The translations under genes and the position numbers were made by a program. A stretch of DNA of 49,854 bases, from contig CALEHF010000390.1 of the NCBI GenBank assembly GCA_937876125.1, forward strand, positions 1 to 49,854, given 5' to 3'. A model generated the notes under the pieces. The model did no database searches. It was given only the letters and a program-made list of their open reading frames with translations, and was not told the origin of the DNA. This DNA is from an uncultured bacterium. Lineage in GTDB: Bacteria; Planctomycetota; UBA8108; UBA1146. How positions within the stretch are numbered: position 1 is the stretch's first letter; each line of letters starts with the position of its first letter. Of the stretch, positions 10,824-20,115 are shown one piece after another.

Positions 10824-12965
10824 CTAGTCGTCATCCTCGTCGTCGTCGTCGTCGTCATCATCACAGTCGTCGTTGTTGTTGCCACCGTTGTTGCCACCGT
10901 TGTTGCCACCGTTGTTGCCACCGTTGTTGCCACCGTTTTTGCCGCCGTTGTTGCCGCCGTGGTGGCCATCATCGTCGTCGTCATCATCGTCGTCGTCGTC
11001 GTCGAGGCTGGCGAGGAAGTCGGCAATCATTCCGATCTCAGCCGGGCTCAAGAACGAGAGGAACTGCATCTCCGACTCATCGGCGATCGCCTCGGCAATC
11101 TCAGAAGCAGATTCGCCGACGACGTTCTCGTCCGACGTTCCGCCACTGGCGTCGTCGCCGTGGCAGAAGGAGCAATTGTTCGCGTACAGAACCGCGCCCG
11201 TCACCGGAACCGGGGGTGGAACTGTCCCGTCGACAGCCACCGCGGTCAGCGTGACGATCACACTGCTGGTATCGGGATCGTCACTCATCACCTCGAGCGT
11301 ACCGGCGTCGGTCGCGACGACGGTCGGCGCGTAGGTCACCACAACCGTCACAGCCAGCCCAGGGTCCACCGAGAACGGGGTGAGCGGCGTCGCGGCGTCA
11401 AAACCAAACGGACCCGTTATCACCAGGTTCATCACCGTCAGTGGCGCGTTGCCCACGTTGGTGATGACCGTGCTCCGGGTTGCAACTGCGCCCACGTCGA
11501 CCGAAGCGAAGTCGAGCGCGACGGGAGATACGGTAATGTTCGGCTCGAGCACTTGCGGAACGAACCCACTACCACTGAGCGGAACAGAGACTGACGGAGT
11601 GCTGGGATCGTCGCTCGTGACGATGAGCGTGCCGCTGTCGATCGTGGCGGCTGTGGGAGCGTAAGCGAGCATCACAGCGATCGAGCCGCTCGGGGCGATC
11701 AGGAGCGGAGTCGCCGGCGCAGCCGAATCCAAGGTGAAGCCCGCACCCGAGATGGCGAGACCCATGACATTGAGATCGGCGGTGCCGAGGTTCTCGATCG
11801 TCACCGTCGCGTTCCCCATCGCCCCCACGGTCACAACGCCGAAGTCGACGGAGAGCGGCGTGATCGCGATATCGGGCAGATCAACCTGAGGAACGACTCC
11901 GCTTCCCATGAGCGGCACGTCGATGGTCGGAGAGTTCGGGTCGTCACTGGCGATCGTCAGCATTCCGCTGTCGACCACGGCAGCGGTCGGACTGTAGTCG
12001 ACTGGAATCTGCACGGAAGCGCCCGCTTGGACAACAACTGAGGTGGGCGGTGCCGCGCTATTGAGCGCGAAGCCGGCGCCACCAACCGTCAGTCCAGTCA
12101 CCGTGAGTGCCCCGGTACCGACGTTTTCGATCATGACATTCAAGCTCGAAGTACTTCCGATCGGAACCGCCCCGAAGTCGAGGCTCGCCGGCGAGACGGC
12201 GATCTCTGGCACGAGCACCACTGGAATGAAACCCACTCCCGTGAGTGCGACGTCGATCATTGGAGTCGCGGGATCGTCACTCGTGAGCGTCAAGACCGCG
12301 CCGTCTCCGAGGTCGTCGAGCGGCATGTAGTCGACAGTTACCACGATCGAGTTGTTGGGGGCGATGAGAATCGGCATTGCAGTCGCCGTTTGGAATGCGG
12401 TGCTCCCGACGAAGTCGAGAGAGGCAACATTGAGATCCGCGGTGCCGACATTGGTGACGGTTGTGGTGAGGCTTGCGACCTGACCGACTTCTACCGTTCC
12501 GAAGTCGAGAGAGAGCGGTGCAATGTTGATCGTGCCGTTCGACGCGACCAGGTCGAGATCTCCTGTGATGAAAGTAGGAGGAGGCTGGTTCGGTTGAGTG
12601 GAGCTCGACGTGAAGATGGTGTTGTTCGGCCCCGGTGTCCAACCCGGTTGGGCATTCCCGTTAATCTCCTCGACATTGGTCCCGTTGGCCGGATCGGCGT
12701 CTGAGTTGAGACCTTCAGCGAGGGCGATCGATTGCGCGAGCGAGTTGCCCAAGAAAAGGTTCTCCCGAATGACCCAGCCGTAGGCGTTCCAGGTACCGAA
12801 GCCGCCCTCTCCATGGCAGAGCTGACAACTGGAGTTCGCGGAGGACTGAGAGCTGGGGTAAGTGCCTTCCCATGGCGACACGTATGTCGGTCTGGAGAGT
12901 GCGACAAGAGCTGTCAAAAGCGTAACAATAAGAGCCGAAAAGGCGATCATGCGACGGGGTAACAT
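10824..12965 (-). CDS. Secreted two-heme cytochrome c with four choice-of-anchor-D/ASH-type Ig-like repeats and an acidic low-complexity tail
   Basis: RBS AAAGGAGG before ATG 12965 (713 aa); signal peptide; CQLCH near the N-terminus; 4 repeats of IxVxPxSLDFGxVxVG...NxGTxxLxV...SDDP; C-terminal class I cytochrome (GAVLYANNCSFCHG...EMQFL); tail of D12-GHH-(GGNN)n-poly-D. Confidence 0.85.
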   Translation of the reverse strand: MLPRRMIAFSALIVTLLTALVALSRPTYVSPWEGTYPSSQSSANSSCQLCHGEGGFGTWNAYGWVIRENLFLGNSLAQSIALAEGLNSDADPANGTNVEEINGNAQPGWTPGPNNTIFTSSSTQPNQPPPTFITGDLDLVASNGTINIAPLSLDFGTVEVGQVASLTTTVTNVGTADLNVASLDFVGSTAFQTATAMPILIAPNNSIVVTVDYMPLDDLGDGAVLTLTSDDPATPMIDVALTGVGFIPVVLVPEIAVSPASLDFGAVPIGSTSSLNVMIENVGTGALTVTGLTVGGAGFALNSAAPPTSVVVQAGASVQIPVDYSPTAAVVDSGMLTIASDDPNSPTIDVPLMGSGVVPQVDLPDIAITPLSVDFGVVTVGAMGNATVTIENLGTADLNVMGLAISGAGFTLDSAAPATPLLIAPSGSIAVMLAYAPTAATIDSGTLIVTSDDPSTPSVSVPLSGSGFVPQVLEPNITVSPVALDFASVDVGAVATRSTVITNVGNAPLTVMNLVITGPFGFDAATPLTPFSVDPGLAVTVVVTYAPTVVATDAGTLEVMSDDPDTSSVIVTLTAVAVDGTVPPPVPVTGAVLYANNCSFCHGDDASGGTSDENVVGESASEIAEAIADESEMQFLSFLSPAEIGMIADFLASLDDDDDDDDDDDDGHHGGNNGGKNGGNNGGNNGGNNGGNNGGNNNDDCDDDDDDDDEDDD
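10875..10958. repeat. 12-bp tandem repeat (gttgttgccacc) x7 encoding (GGNN)n, flanked by Asp-codon tracts
   Basis: Five perfect and two variant units; (tcg/tca)n tracts at about 10827-10862 and 10968-11003. Confidence 0.95.
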
Positions 12966-13327
12966 AGCTCCTCCTTTGGAGTATTCCCGCATCCGGCACG
13001 TTCCCACCGCCGCTCCGAACCCGGGGGTAACGGAGAATTCACAGGGCACAATTATCCTGTGAGGGAGGGATTCTGGTGCGTGATAAAACGGCCCGCAAGC
13101 GTACTTTGAGAACTTCCTATGCAATCGAGAAAATCGGAATGAGCTTCCCAAAACTGACGAACCTCGGGCCCGGACTGCTGTTGGACTTGCGAACTTCCTC
13201 GCGAAATGCGCTCCCACAAACGAGAACGATCGCACTTCGGAAAAGGAGCTTGGATGCACTTACGAAGTGGCGCGACACCACTCTCGGGGCGCCGCGCCGC
13301 TCCTGGACAACTCACTATGTTGCCTAC

Positions 13328-14617
13328 TTACGTCACCTGGTGCATGTGCACGTCCCGTTGCGGATACGGGATCGAGATCCCCTCCGCATCGAAGCGCTCC
13401 TTGACCGTTCTCAAGATGTCGTACTTCACGTCCCAGTAGTCGCTCGTCGCCGCCCATGGGCGCACATTGAAGTTCACCGACGAGTCGGCGAGCTCCGAGA
13501 CGTTGATGGACGGCTCCGGATCCTTGAGCGTCTTCGGGTGGTTCTCGACGATCTCACGAAGAATCTTCTCCGCTTTGGCGATGTCATCGCCGTAGCCGAT
13601 CCCGAACACCATGTCGACACGACGATTTGCGTTCCCCGTGATGTTCGTGATCACTCCGCCCCATACCTTACCGTTCGGCACGATGATCGTCTGGTTGTCC
13701 GGGGTGAGAAATCTCGTCGAGACGAGCGAGATGTCTTCGACCTTGCCGGTCACTCCTGCGGCGGTCACCCCGTGGCCGATCTCGAAGGGGCGGTACATCA
13801 AGATCATGATCCCCGCCGCGAAGTTGCCGAGCGTGTCCTGCAGGGCGAAACCGATGACAAAGCCCCCGACACCGATCGCAGCGATGAACGGTCCAATGTC
13901 GACGCCGAGCATCGAGAGGGCGAGGATCAACCCGAGAACCATGACCAGCTTCTTCACGATCCCGATGAAGAAGCGACGGAGGCCCTCACTCACCTTGATC
14001 TTGGCGCGCTTCATCGCGGCGTTGGTCACCCGCCCCGCGATCCCCGAGAGGAACTTGAAGACCAGAAGCGTCAAGAGCGCGAAGGCGACGCTCTTCGCCC
14101 AGCGGATACCGCCGTCTTCCTTCTTCGCCCAATCGAGCAGCAGCGATGTGGTCGCTGCGGCGTCCTTTGGATCGACTTGGATACCGGAAACATCGTCATA
14201 CCACGCCTTGTAGGTCGCTAGATCACCCCCCTTGCCGCGATAGGCGAGAAACGCGATGCGGAAGCACTCGAGCCTTCTCGACTTCTCACTCTCGAGGGTG
14301 CTTCGCATCGAAGTGAGCTGGCTCTTCTGCTCCCCCTCGGCAGATCGCATCGCGATGTTGATCTGGGCGATCTCTTCGAGCGTGGCCTTCGCCTTCTTTT
14401 GCCACTCCTCGGTCACGCCTTTGATTTCCTCGGCGAGCATGGGGTAGAGGGTCGACGTGAGATCGTCGGTCGAAATGTCGACGTTGTTTGCATCCAGGGT
14501 GGGGAGCTCGACCGGAGTGGGTGTCGCGGGTTCACCCGCTGGCGGGTCCTGTGCGACAACAACGGAAACTGCGAAAACCGCGAACAGAATACAACTGAGT
14601 CTTGTGAGGGTGAGCAC
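13328..14617 (-). CDS. mscS: Small-conductance mechanosensitive channel (MscS family) with N-terminal periplasmic helical extension
   Basis: GFVIGFALQDTLGNFAAGIMILMYRPFEIG, IIVPNGKVWGGVITN, FDAEGISIPYPQRDVH; RBS GAAAGGAG before GTG; signal-like N-terminus. Confidence 0.93.
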   Translation of the reverse strand: MLTLTRLSCILFAVFAVSVVVAQDPPAGEPATPTPVELPTLDANNVDISTDDLTSTLYPMLAEEIKGVTEEWQKKAKATLEEIAQINIAMRSAEGEQKSQLTSMRSTLESEKSRRLECFRIAFLAYRGKGGDLATYKAWYDDVSGIQVDPKDAAATTSLLLDWAKKEDGGIRWAKSVAFALLTLLVFKFLSGIAGRVTNAAMKRAKIKVSEGLRRFFIGIVKKLVMVLGLILALSMLGVDIGPFIAAIGVGGFVIGFALQDTLGNFAAGIMILMYRPFEIGHGVTAAGVTGKVEDISLVSTRFLTPDNQTIIVPNGKVWGGVITNITGNANRRVDMVFGIGYGDDIAKAEKILREIVENHPKTLKDPEPSINVSELADSSVNFNVRPWAATSDYWDVKYDILRTVKERFDAEGISIPYPQRDVHMHQVT

Positions 14618-14641
14618 GGGGGCTCCTTTCTGTGAACAAGA

Positions 14642-14678
14642 CCGACCGAGGAGACGCTCGCTGCGTCTTCTCGGTCGG
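14642..14678. terminator. Stem-loop between the DUF481 gene and mscS (terminator or mRNA-stabilising hairpin)
   Basis: ccgaccgaggagacgc-tcgct-gcgtcttctcggtcgg, a 16-bp stem with one non-Watson-Crick pair and a weak U-tail on the minus strand. Confidence 0.5.
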
Positions 14679-14709
14679 GGAGGTCGTCACACCGAAGAAC
14701 GTGCGGTTG

Positions 14710-15723
14710 CTAAAACTCGTAGGAGTAGCCCAAGCCGAGCAGATACTCGGTGTCGCCGCGAGTGGTTCCCGCGGCCGGCGTGTTGTCCCACTTGTAGTTG
14801 ATCTGCATCGACGCGAAGAAGTTATCGATGATGGTGAGGCGCACGCCAGTGCTGGTATCGACCAGAATGTCATCGGCGTCCTCGAGGCCCCAGAAAACCT
14901 CGTGGAAGTGGAAGAAGTTCACTTTGTCGGGGGTGATCACCCAGTCGAGCTTGCCGCTGAAGCGACTCGCTGCGAAATCATTGTCGGGGCTACGGGCGAA
15001 GTCCTCGTCAAAGTACGAGACCCCGACCTCCTCGTAGAACTTATAGGTCTCGTTCTCGATGAACTGGTAACCCGCACCGACACCGACCGTGGTGCGCAGA
15101 TCGAGATCGGCGAACTTGTCTCCACGGAGCGAGAAGTTGCCGTAGCCGAACAGGCGCTCGTTGAAGAAGTGGTCGTACTTGCCACGGAGGGCCGTGTTCC
15201 GCTCAGAGAGGACACCCGAGTTCTCGGCGTAGTTCCAGTCCGCGTTCACGGTGGTCCGGTTGTCCTCGGCGCGTCGAACGTACTCGGCAGAGGATGAAAC
15301 CCTCTTGGTGTGCGTGTTGCCGTCGGTCACCTTGGCGCTCATGCCGACGTTGCCGGAGTGCGTGACCGCCTTCACCTCGGGTGGATCGATCGCGGTGACC
15401 CGAGCGAGGTTTACCGCCTCGGTGCCGTTCGCAGAAACGATCTGCGCTTCACCACTCGAGGAGGTGGCAAACCGGGCCATCATCGAAGTTCCATCGGTGA
15501 GCACGACGTTCCTGTCGCCCACCGTGGCCAGCGACCGAACGTTCGCAAATGGGATCTGGATCGTTCCCGCCGAGCCGCCTTCGATGATCAACGACCCATC
15601 CCCGAGGGTCTTCACCGTTCCGACAATCCGGCTGCCATCTTTGAGGATCACTTCGTCCGCGAAGGAGGGAGCCGCGACAAGTAACAGCGCCAACAAGGCG
15701 CCGAGGAGAGTGTTTCGATGCAT
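14710..15723 (-). CDS. DUF481/YdiY-family outer-membrane beta-barrel with N-terminal extra domain
   Basis: Start corrected to ATG 15723 (RBS GAAAGGA). Signal peptide, DEVILKDGSRIVG N-domain, DLDLRTTVGVGAGYQF, and a terminal aromatic beta-strand LGLGYSYEF. Confidence 0.85.
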   Translation of the reverse strand: MHRNTLLGALLALLLVAAPSFADEVILKDGSRIVGTVKTLGDGSLIIEGGSAGTIQIPFANVRSLATVGDRNVVLTDGTSMMARFATSSSGEAQIVSANGTEAVNLARVTAIDPPEVKAVTHSGNVGMSAKVTDGNTHTKRVSSSAEYVRRAEDNRTTVNADWNYAENSGVLSERNTALRGKYDHFFNERLFGYGNFSLRGDKFADLDLRTTVGVGAGYQFIENETYKFYEEVGVSYFDEDFARSPDNDFAASRFSGKLDWVITPDKVNFFHFHEVFWGLEDADDILVDTSTGVRLTIIDNFFASMQINYKWDNTPAAGTTRGDTEYLLGLGYSYEF

Positions 15724-15746
15724 GAGTTTCCTTTCCGGTCCCGTTA

Positions 15747-15829
15747 GCAGTCGGTTGAAAAAGTACTTTCGAATCGAGAGGGCGATGGAAGCTCGGCCTC
15801 TCGATCGAAATGATTTCTTCAACAGGCTG
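15747..15829. repeat. About 83-bp imperfect palindrome with IS-end-like termini
   Basis: cagtcggttgaaaaagt...tttcgaatcgagagg / cctctcgatcgaaa...atttcttcaacaggctg. Confidence 0.55.
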
Positions 15830-16490
15830 TGAGGCGGACACGGCTTGAGGCAGCGGTCATGGCTGAGTGTTGCCCCAGCGAAATGACACGACCGCTCGAA
15901 GTTGACAATGGATGTAGAGAACGCGGAGGGACCCAACGGAGAGTTGGGCGGGCGACACACCTCGGTGAAACGCCTGACTCGAGCGTGAGTCAGCCTCGAG
16001 AGCCGGTCCCCCTGGAAAGCTCCCTGTTGTGATCCCCCTCGGTCACAGGCGAGATTCTAGCCGGGAAGGGCTGGCGCTCGCGACGCGAATCTAAAGTTTC
16101 CGACGACCCTTCCGGCCGGTGAATTGATGGAGCCACGCGCCCCGCACTTTCGATCGTCCAGACTTTGTGCGCTCGAACTCATACTCGATCTTTCGGCCGA
16201 ATTCCTTGATCTCGGAAACTCCCCGCCACCCTCAGCCGTTGGCGATCGATTCGCACCGGCCGCTAGGTTAAGGCCTCGATGCCAACAACAAACCCCGGTA
16301 GCCTCCTTTTGCCTCGGCTCCAGGCTCTTGGAGCCACCTTCACGGCCTCTGGATCTACAAGGACTCGCACGGTGGGAATCGCAATTTTGGGTCCTCCCCA
16401 GAGGCCAATGATCGCTCTCTCGTATCCGTGACTCGCCCGAGAAACCAACCATTGCTCTCGGGGAGGCACCTCACCATCGGAAGGAAAGAC

Positions 16491-17114
16491 ATGATTCGTC
16501 TCACAGGACTCACTCTCCTCGCTGCTCTGACCCTGGTCACGGCCGGCTGCGCTGGTATGGCCTCCCGTTCGACCTCCGCCTCCGCTGCGCCCGAGATTGC
16601 GGCGAGCTACTCGATCGACCCGGGGCACACGAGCCTGGTCTTCAAGATCAGTCACCTCGGCGCCTCCGACTTTTTTGGGCGCTTCAACAACGTCAGCGGG
16701 GATCTCCGGTTCTCCGAGAATGATCTCGCGAATTCGAGCATCCGCGTCGTCGCGGAAGCAGGAAGTGTCGACACGAACAACGGCGACCGCGATGGACACG
16801 TGAAGAGCGCCGAGTTGTTTGACTCAGGCACCCATCCGCAGATCGTGTTCGAGGGAACCGGCTTCAAGAGCGTGGGACGGGGAGCCTACAAGATCTCGGG
16901 TAATCTCACCTTTCATGGCGTGACGAAGAGCCTCACGGTGGTCGCCCAAAAGGTTGGCACCGTCTCCCATGAGAAGTTCGGCGACCGGATTGGCTTCACC
17001 AGCACCTTCGTGATCCAGCGCTCCGACTTCAATATGGGTTCCGGGATGCCGGCGAGCGTCCTCGGCGAAGATGTTCAGATCATGGTCGGGATCGAAGCCA
17101 TACTTCAGAAGTAG
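16491..17114 (+). CDS. YceI-family lipid/polyisoprenoid-binding lipoprotein
   Basis: YSIDPGHTSLVFKISHLG, GRFN, SVDTNNGDRDGHVKSAELFD, GNLTFHGVTK, RSDF; lipobox VTAGC; RBS AAGGA before ATG 16491. Confidence 0.92.
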   Translation: MIRLTGLTLLAALTLVTAGCAGMASRSTSASAAPEIAASYSIDPGHTSLVFKISHLGASDFFGRFNNVSGDLRFSENDLANSSIRVVAEAGSVDTNNGDRDGHVKSAELFDSGTHPQIVFEGTGFKSVGRGAYKISGNLTFHGVTKSLTVVAQKVGTVSHEKFGDRIGFTSTFVIQRSDFNMGSGMPASVLGEDVQIMVGIEAILQK

Positions 17115-17142
17115 GTCGCGCTCGCTCCCTGAATCGAGAAGC

Positions 17143-17182
17143 AAAACGCCCCCCGGAGAGTGATCTCACCGGGGGGCGTTTT
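17143..17182. terminator. Bidirectional intrinsic terminator
   Basis: aaaacgccccccgg...ccggggggcgtttt between convergent genes. Confidence 0.85.
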
Positions 17183-17210
17183 CGTGTCGTTCGGGCTTAA
17201 GAAGTTTTGA

Positions 17211-17876
17211 CTAGAGCTTCCCGCCTCGCTTCGCCTGGCGGGCTTCGCGCACCGACGCGCGGAACTGTTCCCGCTCTTCGGCCGAGAGCTCGCCGTCCTG
17301 ATCGCTATCGAACTCGGCGCGCTTTGCATCGATCTTGGCGCGGCGAGCCTCGCGAGCGGCTTGCCGCTCGGTCGGGTCAACGGTGCCGTCGCCGTTCGTG
17401 TCGATGTTCGCCTTGTGGGCGGCGCGACGCTCTTTCATCGCGGCCCGCGCGGACTCGCGCTCACTCGGGTCGAGTTTACCATCTTGATCGACGTCGAACC
17501 GGGCCTTGATGTTCTCCTTGATTGCCCACCGACGAGCGAGCCTGCGCACTTGGCGACGCGGCAGCTCTTCGCGCATCGCCACGCGCTCTTCGCGTTGGAG
17601 GCGGTGGTCTCCATCCACATCGAAGCGTTCGAGCAACGCGCGACGTGCCTGACGGTGAAGTTTCTGACCGCGGCGATTGTGTGGGCGATCGCCGCGTGCC
17701 CTCTCTCCTGCCGTCGCATCGTCCGCCGTCGCATCGTCCGCCGTCGCATCGTCCGCCGTCGCATCGGATGAGTCTTGTGCAGACACCTTCTCTTGAGCGG
17801 AAACCGAGAGGGGGAAGAGCGGGATGAACGACAGGACAGCGAGGGGAACCAGGCAGAGTTTCAATCGAGTGCGCAT
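17211..17876 (-). CDS. Secreted EF-hand protein (4 Ca-binding loops)
   Basis: DVDGDHRLQREE, DVDQDGKLDPSE, DTNGDGTVDPTE, DSDQDGELSAEE; signal peptide; RBS AAGGAG. Confidence 0.85.
   Translation of the reverse strand: MRTRLKLCLVPLAVLSFIPLFPLSVSAQEKVSAQDSSDATADDATADDATADDATAGERARGDRPHNRRGQKLHRQARRALLERFDVDGDHRLQREERVAMREELPRRQVRRLARRWAIKENIKARFDVDQDGKLDPSERESARAAMKERRAAHKANIDTNGDGTVDPTERQAAREARRAKIDAKRAEFDSDQDGELSAEEREQFRASVREARQAKRGGKL
17710..17766. repeat. 15-bp tandem repeat x3.8 encoding (DATAD)n
   Basis: Perfect copies of gccgtcgcatcgtcc. Confidence 0.95.
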
Positions 17877-18007
17877 GGTGCGACTCCTTTCTTCGGGTCT
17901 GGCGGTCGAACCCCAAGTGCGAGCACGCGGTTTCGAAGCGATCTAAGAATTGCACGGCTCGAGGCGTAGTGACGTCGTGTGCCACTCGTTTCCGAGGACA
18001 CGACCTC

Positions 18008-18586
18008 TCAGAACGCGATGCGGAAGAGCCTGCGCACGGAGTCGTCGGTCTCGATCGAGTCGAGCTCGCTCGGCGAAAACCAGCCGAGAGCGATCGACTC
18101 CTCGCTGATCGTCTCGACCGCACCCGCGGGCGCGTGCACCAAGAAGCGCACATCGAGGTGCCAATGCTCCGGTTCCGACTTGCGAGCGGGGATCGTGTGG
18201 ATGTCGAGATCGACCGGCATCGCGTCGATGGCGAGCCCGCCGATGCCGGACTCCTCGGTCGCCTCGCGCCACGCGCTCGCAGCCAAGTTGCCATCGCCAT
18301 CGCAATGCCCACCGAGCTGGAGCCAGCGGTCGAGCTTTCTGTGATGAGTGAGCAGGGCCCGCTCGCCACGGGCGTCGATCACGAGGGCGGACGCCGTGAG
18401 ATGACCGGAGAGGCAGGTGCGCTCGAGAGCGTCGGAATGCGCCTCGATGAACTCGAGGATCCGGCGGCGCTCCTCGAGCTGGGCGGGTTCTGTCGATCGG
18501 AATTCAGCGACGATCGAACGGGCTGTCTCGAGGTTGCCGCGTTCTCTGAGGCGCGGATCATCGGAGACCCAACGTGCGATGTTCAT
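18008..18586 (-). CDS. Nudix hydrolase
   Basis: GHLTASALV, HHRKLDRWLQLGGHCDG, Nudix box REATEESG, HWHLDVRF. Confidence 0.92.
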   Translation of the reverse strand: MNIARWVSDDPRLRERGNLETARSIVAEFRSTEPAQLEERRRILEFIEAHSDALERTCLSGHLTASALVIDARGERALLTHHRKLDRWLQLGGHCDGDGNLAASAWREATEESGIGGLAIDAMPVDLDIHTIPARKSEPEHWHLDVRFLVHAPAGAVETISEESIALGWFSPSELDSIETDDSVRRLFRIAF

Positions 18587-18751
18587 GGAGAGTCCTTCTA
18601 AACTTTGGAATCATCGACATGACGGGATCGGTCTTGAAAGGCGCGCCGTTTCCCGAGCGCTACCTCTCCTCCTCGGCGACACCCTAGCGGGGACGGTTAG
18701 ACTCCACCGGTCGCGCAAAGACCGTTCGCGCTCGTCGTCGGGGAGGAAGTT

Positions 18752-20086
18752 CTACTTCGATTCTCCATCCGATGGTTTCGATTTTCCTCGACGCATGCGC
18801 TCGGCCGGGGATTGTGTGATCAGGCGCGCTCCGCGTCCGTAGGTGAAGTAGTTCCAGATCCAATCGAGGAGCACGGCTGCGCGATTGCGAAATCCGATCA
18901 AGAAAATCAGGTGCACGAAGAGCCAAGCGAGCCACGCGGGGAATCCGGTGAGCTTCAACGATCCCATCTCTGCGATCGCCGCACTCCTCCCGATCGTCGC
19001 CATATTGCCCTTGTCCCGGTAGCGAAACGGCTGGCGTGCGCCACCCGCAAGGATCCGGCCCACATGCTTTCCTTGTTGCATCGCGACGGGAGCGACTCCG
19101 GGCAGCGGGCGACCTCGCGCATCTTCGGCGTAGACCATGTCACCCACTGCGAACACTTCGGGGTGCCCTGGGAAAGAGAGATCCTCCACCACCTTCAGCC
19201 GCCCTCCGCGGTCCTTCGGGACATCGAGGAGTTCGGTCAAGGGGGAAGCGCGAACCCCTGCGGCCCAGAGCACGGTGCGCGCTTCGATCCGTTCATCCCC
19301 GAGCTCAACCCCCCGCGCATCGATCGAGGTCACCCGCGCCTCGGTTCGGACCTCGACTCCCAATTTTTCAAGCTTTCGACGCGCGTGCTCCGAGAGAGAG
19401 CCGTCGAAGCTGCCCAGGATGCGGTCCAGCCCCTCGATCAGAATGATGCGCGTCAGTTTCGGCTCGATCTCGCGAAAGTCCCGCGCGAGAACGAAGCGAG
19501 AGATCTCCGACAGCGCGCCAGCCAGCTCGACGCCAGTAGGACCACCCCCAACGACCACAAAGGTCATCAGCTCCCGCCGTCGATCGGTGTCTCGCTCGCG
19601 CTCCGCGGACTCAAAGGCGGTGAACACCCGGCGACGCACTTCGAGCGCATCGTCGATGGTCTTCAGGCCGAGGGCGTGGTCGGCCCAACTCTCATTTCCG
19701 AACCAATGAGTCTCAGCCCCCACCGCAAGGACCAGGTGGTCATAGGGAATCTCGGTGTAGCGAAGTCCTGAGGGAGCAACCTCGACGATCTTTCGATCGA
19801 TATCGATCCCGGTGACTTCGGCGAGATAGACCGAGGTGTTCTTCTGCCGCCGAACAACGGCACGGATGGGGGCTGCGATGTCCGCGGGAGAGAGCCCCGC
19901 CATCGCCACTTGGTAGAGAAGCGGCTGGAAGAGATGGTGATTGGTTCGGTCGAGAATCGTCACGCGGACTGGCGCCGCCTTGAGTTCGCGAGCGACCGCC
20001 AGCCCGCCGAATCCCCCACCGATGATCAGGACGTGGGGCCGAGCGTCGTGAGGATCCTTGATCGGATTTGCAGCGTCCGGGGTCAT
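18752..20086 (-). CDS. ndh: Type II NADH:quinone oxidoreductase
   Basis: GGGFGG, HHLFQPLLYQVA, VVVGGGPTGVELAG, AQ-like APVAMQQG, YRDKGNMATIGR, WLFVHLIFLIGFRNR. Confidence 0.93.
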   Translation of the reverse strand: MTPDAANPIKDPHDARPHVLIIGGGFGGLAVARELKAAPVRVTILDRTNHHLFQPLLYQVAMAGLSPADIAAPIRAVVRRQKNTSVYLAEVTGIDIDRKIVEVAPSGLRYTEIPYDHLVLAVGAETHWFGNESWADHALGLKTIDDALEVRRRVFTAFESAERERDTDRRRELMTFVVVGGGPTGVELAGALSEISRFVLARDFREIEPKLTRIILIEGLDRILGSFDGSLSEHARRKLEKLGVEVRTEARVTSIDARGVELGDERIEARTVLWAAGVRASPLTELLDVPKDRGGRLKVVEDLSFPGHPEVFAVGDMVYAEDARGRPLPGVAPVAMQQGKHVGRILAGGARQPFRYRDKGNMATIGRSAAIAEMGSLKLTGFPAWLAWLFVHLIFLIGFRNRAAVLLDWIWNYFTYGRGARLITQSPAERMRRGKSKPSDGESK

Positions 20087-20115
20087 CTCGCGCCTCTCCG
20101 CTTCCTCATCGAAGC

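Noticed and set aside
13134-13150. Further copy of the tcggaatgag repeat
   Set aside because: Only about 10 bp match and the diagnostic gacagcctc terminus is absent; may be chance.
4456-15723. Mtr/Pcc-type porin-cytochrome electron conduit
   Set aside because: The DUF481 barrel is small, the cytochromes have widely spaced His/Met-type hemes rather than dense bis-His arrays, and hairpins and long spacers separate the genes.
15830-16490. Riboswitch or ncRNA in the long DUF481-YceI intergenic region
   Set aside because: Only short hairpins and an isolated TTGACA; no recognisable aptamer consensus. An Rfam/Infernal scan would be needed.
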